From an uncultured Pseudomonadota bacterium (GTDB lineage: Bacteria; Babelota; Babeliae; Babelales; JAUPTZ01): DNA of 64,000 nucleotides. The notes below the pieces were generated by a model, which worked only from the letters and a program-made list of their open reading frames with translations, was not told the origin of the DNA and did no database searches. Of this stretch, positions 61,496 to 64,000 are shown piece by piece. Position 1 is the stretch's first letter; each line of letters starts with the position of its first letter. The translations under genes were made by a program, and so were the position numbers. The stretch lies in NCBI GenBank assembly GCA_964429275.1, contig CAYSBJ010000003.1:64906-128905 (forward strand), in the 5' to 3' direction.

Positions 61496-62206
61496 ATGTA
61501 TTGCATGCATAAGGGAATTGTATTTGGGCTCGCCGTAAGTGTTTTTTTTATTGGAAGTGCAGATGCTGCTGATGGGGCCATCGTAAGGAAGGTTTCAGGG
61601 GAAAACGGTTTTCTAACCCCGGAGCAACTTTGCACAGCCAAAAAATATCAAGACTTTTTTTCGAAAAACACCTCACATAATTCAACACAGTTTGTGTGGA
61701 AGTTGGTTTTGGGGAGTCGTAACCACCGGCTTGAAGGCTCACTCGATGATTATAGGCGATATAAAGAGTGTTTCCAGCATGAAAGACGTGAGTTCCTTGG
61801 TGCATTGCGTTCTTCTCGCCATAAACTTACCAGGACTGACGTAATTCTGCTTGAGCTTTATACAACACATATTTTTATGTGGGGGTTCATGTGTGCTCTT
61901 ATGGACGGCTATGATGCCCTCACGTGGCCTATGAAGAAAGAGCGGGAGTTCAGTAACTTTGATTATTATTGTGAACTGGCCTGGAATACGTTAGAGGAAA
62001 ATCAAAAACAAGATACTGACTTTGTGTGCCGCTTAAGGGAAAAGGAAAAAGAGGAGCTTGGACTAGATCGTCCAGCAGAGCGAGATCGTTGGTTGGCTGA
62101 GATTGTACCGTCATATAAGCTCGTAGGATATGAATACATAGTGATAGGCAAAAGAGGCCCAAAAAAAACCTCTTGCATAACAATAGAATATGCCTTGGCA
62201 GAATGA
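61496..62206 (+). CDS. small secreted protein, tandem paralog 1
   Basis: Signal peptide ending 'GSADAADG'. It shares 'LT.EQ.C', 'RY.ECF', 'LYT.H.F.W..MCA...GY' and 'YKLV.YEY' with 62301..63017. Confidence 0.55.
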   Translation: MYCMHKGIVFGLAVSVFFIGSADAADGAIVRKVSGENGFLTPEQLCTAKKYQDFFSKNTSHNSTQFVWKLVLGSRNHRLEGSLDDYRRYKECFQHERREFLGALRSSRHKLTRTDVILLELYTTHIFMWGFMCALMDGYDALTWPMKKEREFSNFDYYCELAWNTLEENQKQDTDFVCRLREKEKEELGLDRPAERDRWLAEIVPSYKLVGYEYIVIGKRGPKKTSCITIEYALAE

Positions 62207-62300
62207 TGAAAAAGAAATTACTGCTGATGGTAGTTCTTTTTCGGCTTGCGAGTGCAGCCGATCTCAGTTTTTAGTATTCATACGTTGTTGGGTTTAGTTC

Positions 62301-63017
62301 ATGTATAAAAAGATTATATTGAGTATCGTAGTAGGCGGGGGGTTCTTAGGGAATGCGTATGCTGCTGATGGGCAGTGGGTGCGAATTCCAGACGCTGGGG
62401 GCCTTTTGACTGCTGAACAACAATGTGTTGCTCAAGAGTATCTTCGTTTGTTATCTGCTTCTACTGTTGAGACATGTGTGGATTTTGTTTCACGGACTGT
62501 TTTGGTGCATCATCAGCGAGGCATATCTGTTAGCCCGACTTATACATGTTCGCGCTATAGAGAGTGCTTTGCGTCGAAAAGGTCTGAGCTTATTGCGTTG
62601 TTGAGCACCCCTGATCGTATACCAAGTAGGGATGATATTGCTGAGCTTCAGCTGTATACGCTTCACACTTTCGCGTGGGATCTTATGTGTGCGGTGGCAA
62701 TTGGTTATCAGAAGCTCGCCGGGAACTATGAACAGTCATTTTCTCAGTACTGTGGATTTTTATATACAACGTTAATGCATAATCTGCAAGAAGATAGCAG
62801 CTTTTGTGTTAAAGCGAGAGACGGAGAGCGTGCGGTATCAGGAGAGAGTTCCTTATCAGAGCGCCAATGCTTTTTGACGGAGTGTGCTCCGCCATTAAAA
62901 CTGGTGGCATTTGAATACAGACGCAGCCCGGCGGAAGCAGATGAGGCCCGGCCACAAAGGAAACCTTTTTTTGAATTGAGAGTAATCGATATAGTGCTAC
63001 GGCCTATAACAGACTAA
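62301..63017 (+). CDS. small secreted protein, tandem paralog 2
   Basis: Signal peptide ending 'GNAYAADG'. It is collinear with paralog 1. Confidence 0.55.
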   Translation: MYKKIILSIVVGGGFLGNAYAADGQWVRIPDAGGLLTAEQQCVAQEYLRLLSASTVETCVDFVSRTVLVHHQRGISVSPTYTCSRYRECFASKRSELIALLSTPDRIPSRDDIAELQLYTLHTFAWDLMCAVAIGYQKLAGNYEQSFSQYCGFLYTTLMHNLQEDSSFCVKARDGERAVSGESSLSERQCFLTECAPPLKLVAFEYRRSPAEADEARPQRKPFFELRVIDIVLRPITD

Positions 63018-63029
63018 TGTGGGGGATAA

Positions 63030-63770
63030 ATGAAAAATAAATTAATAATAACGCTTGGTTTTCTCGGGCTTATGAGCGGACTGCACGCGGCGGATAGTAC
63101 GTCCGGGGAAACCTTGGAAGTGCATACGCCTAGCAAGGGGAGCGTGTCACTAGTTGGTGAGGCTGCAACACCGGAAATGGTGACGGCGCCGTTAGGTTCG
63201 CCATGGTCTGAGAAGATTCAGGAAGCGATCGTTGAAGATGTTTCTAAAGAAAATGAGCAGCCTGGTCAAATGACGGTAGGGGAGTTTGTGGAGCGCTTTA
63301 TGGGTGGCTATCTTACTTTTGAAGAAATTGAGCAGCGACTGTGCCAAATCAATCTGTGGGGGGAGCTGTTTTTACACCGAATGTGGGATGTGTTTGAGGC
63401 ATCACGAAGTCGAGAAGGGTGTAATTTTTTCTCAACGAATGAGGGTAAATGGTATTGTATAGTTCTTGTCTACATGACGCAGTTTTTGGAACCAGCGGCC
63501 ATTTATGACTACGCACAGATCTTCTCGCCGGAAGGGTGGGCGTATTTCTTAGAAAAGCTAGAAATTTACTGTTGTAGAGAGACTAGAAGCGTTTTAGAGG
63601 GCGTAGCCAAGTATTGCTATGGCGAGAGAATGTGCGGGCGTATTGAGCGACTCAGGAACAGTCGGCACGCCTACTGGTTTATTGTTCGTGCATATTCAGC
63701 TGAAGGAAAGGAAGTGTTTAATGATTCGTTTTCGCAGGTGAAGGCACGGTTGCCCTCTATACCTGAGTAA
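63030..63770 (+). CDS. small secreted Cys-containing protein
   Basis: Signal peptide 'ITLGFLGLMSGLHAADS'. Its size and position match the two preceding genes. Homology to them is not evident by eye. Confidence 0.5.
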   Translation: MKNKLIITLGFLGLMSGLHAADSTSGETLEVHTPSKGSVSLVGEAATPEMVTAPLGSPWSEKIQEAIVEDVSKENEQPGQMTVGEFVERFMGGYLTFEEIEQRLCQINLWGELFLHRMWDVFEASRSREGCNFFSTNEGKWYCIVLVYMTQFLEPAAIYDYAQIFSPEGWAYFLEKLEIYCCRETRSVLEGVAKYCYGERMCGRIERLRNSRHAYWFIVRAYSAEGKEVFNDSFSQVKARLPSIPE

Positions 63771-63910
63771 ACGTGCCAGATTGCACATATTCTTCTTTTG
63801 CCTGCCTTCGCTGTGCTACCATTTTTATCCCTCAAATATTTCTACAGCCGTACTTTTTGCGTTTTTGGTAAATTGACCAATTTGTGTATCATGACGATAG
63901 AAAGGTATGT

Positions 63911-64000
63911 ATGTATAAAAAAATATGTATGGGGCTTCTGCTCTCTGCGGGTAGTGTTTTTGGCATGGATGATGTTATAGGCATGGGTGGTTATGCAGCA
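63911..64000 (+). CDS. 5' end of another signal-peptide protein (runs off the window)
   Basis: ATG at 63911, reading MYKKICMGLLLSAGSVFGMDDV... The opening 'MYKKI' resembles paralog 2. Confidence 0.4.
   Translation, partial: MYKKICMGLLLSAGSVFGMDDVIGMGGYAA

Overview
The window is a gene-dense bacterial chromosomal segment with moderate GC (judged by eye). TGA, TAA and TAG are all used as stops, so the standard code applies.

**Housekeeping genes**
- Cell division and translation: ftsQ-ftsA-ftsZ, rpmE-prfA, rlmB-like, mnmA, lepB, metG.
- Transport and metabolism: an ABC exporter, nupC, potABCD, sufS-sufU, pepA.
- RNA genes: three minus-strand tRNAs, Ser-UGA, Ser-GCU and Arg-ACG.

**Eukaryote-like and orphan secreted proteins**
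Housekeeping genes are interleaved with many such genes:
- ankyrin repeats
- a RING-H2 finger
- Sel1 repeats
- a J domain
- three tandem two-PQ-motif 7-TM proteins
- an alpha-carbonic anhydrase

This mix suggests a host-associated, possibly protist-associated or intracellular, bacterium. That is inference only; a Dependentiae/TM6-like or similar lifestyle is speculation.

**Most notable observations**
1. At least seven proteins share a conserved bilobed hydrophobic anchor module. Its motifs are `NRHAYA..GLG.AGLLNLAYL`, then `KLSKAKLKRLF`, then `L.ILAGGVEFNGYGY`. It is fused to highly variable acidic linkers and cargo domains. It sits N-terminally in most members and C-terminally in one.
2. One protein combines ankyrin repeats, a RING-H2 finger and a papain/NlpC-P60-like Cys-His domain. 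Its anchor module is split by a +1 frameshift.
3. A stand-alone Fo-like operon encodes a small membrane protein, subunit a and a four-hairpin fused c subunit. Every hairpin keeps its carboxylate. The operon is followed by a glycosyltransferase, and no b or F1 genes are adjacent.
4. Three copies of a roughly 90-bp palindromic MITE-like element are present. One lies inside a disrupted relE/parE-like toxin pseudogene.
5. Several recent duplications are visible: the HAD 5' end, a 530-bp 5' block shared by two effector paralogs, and a 26-bp repeat at tRNA-Arg.
6. A 450-bp ORF-poor, hairpin-rich region could not be assigned to any RNA family.
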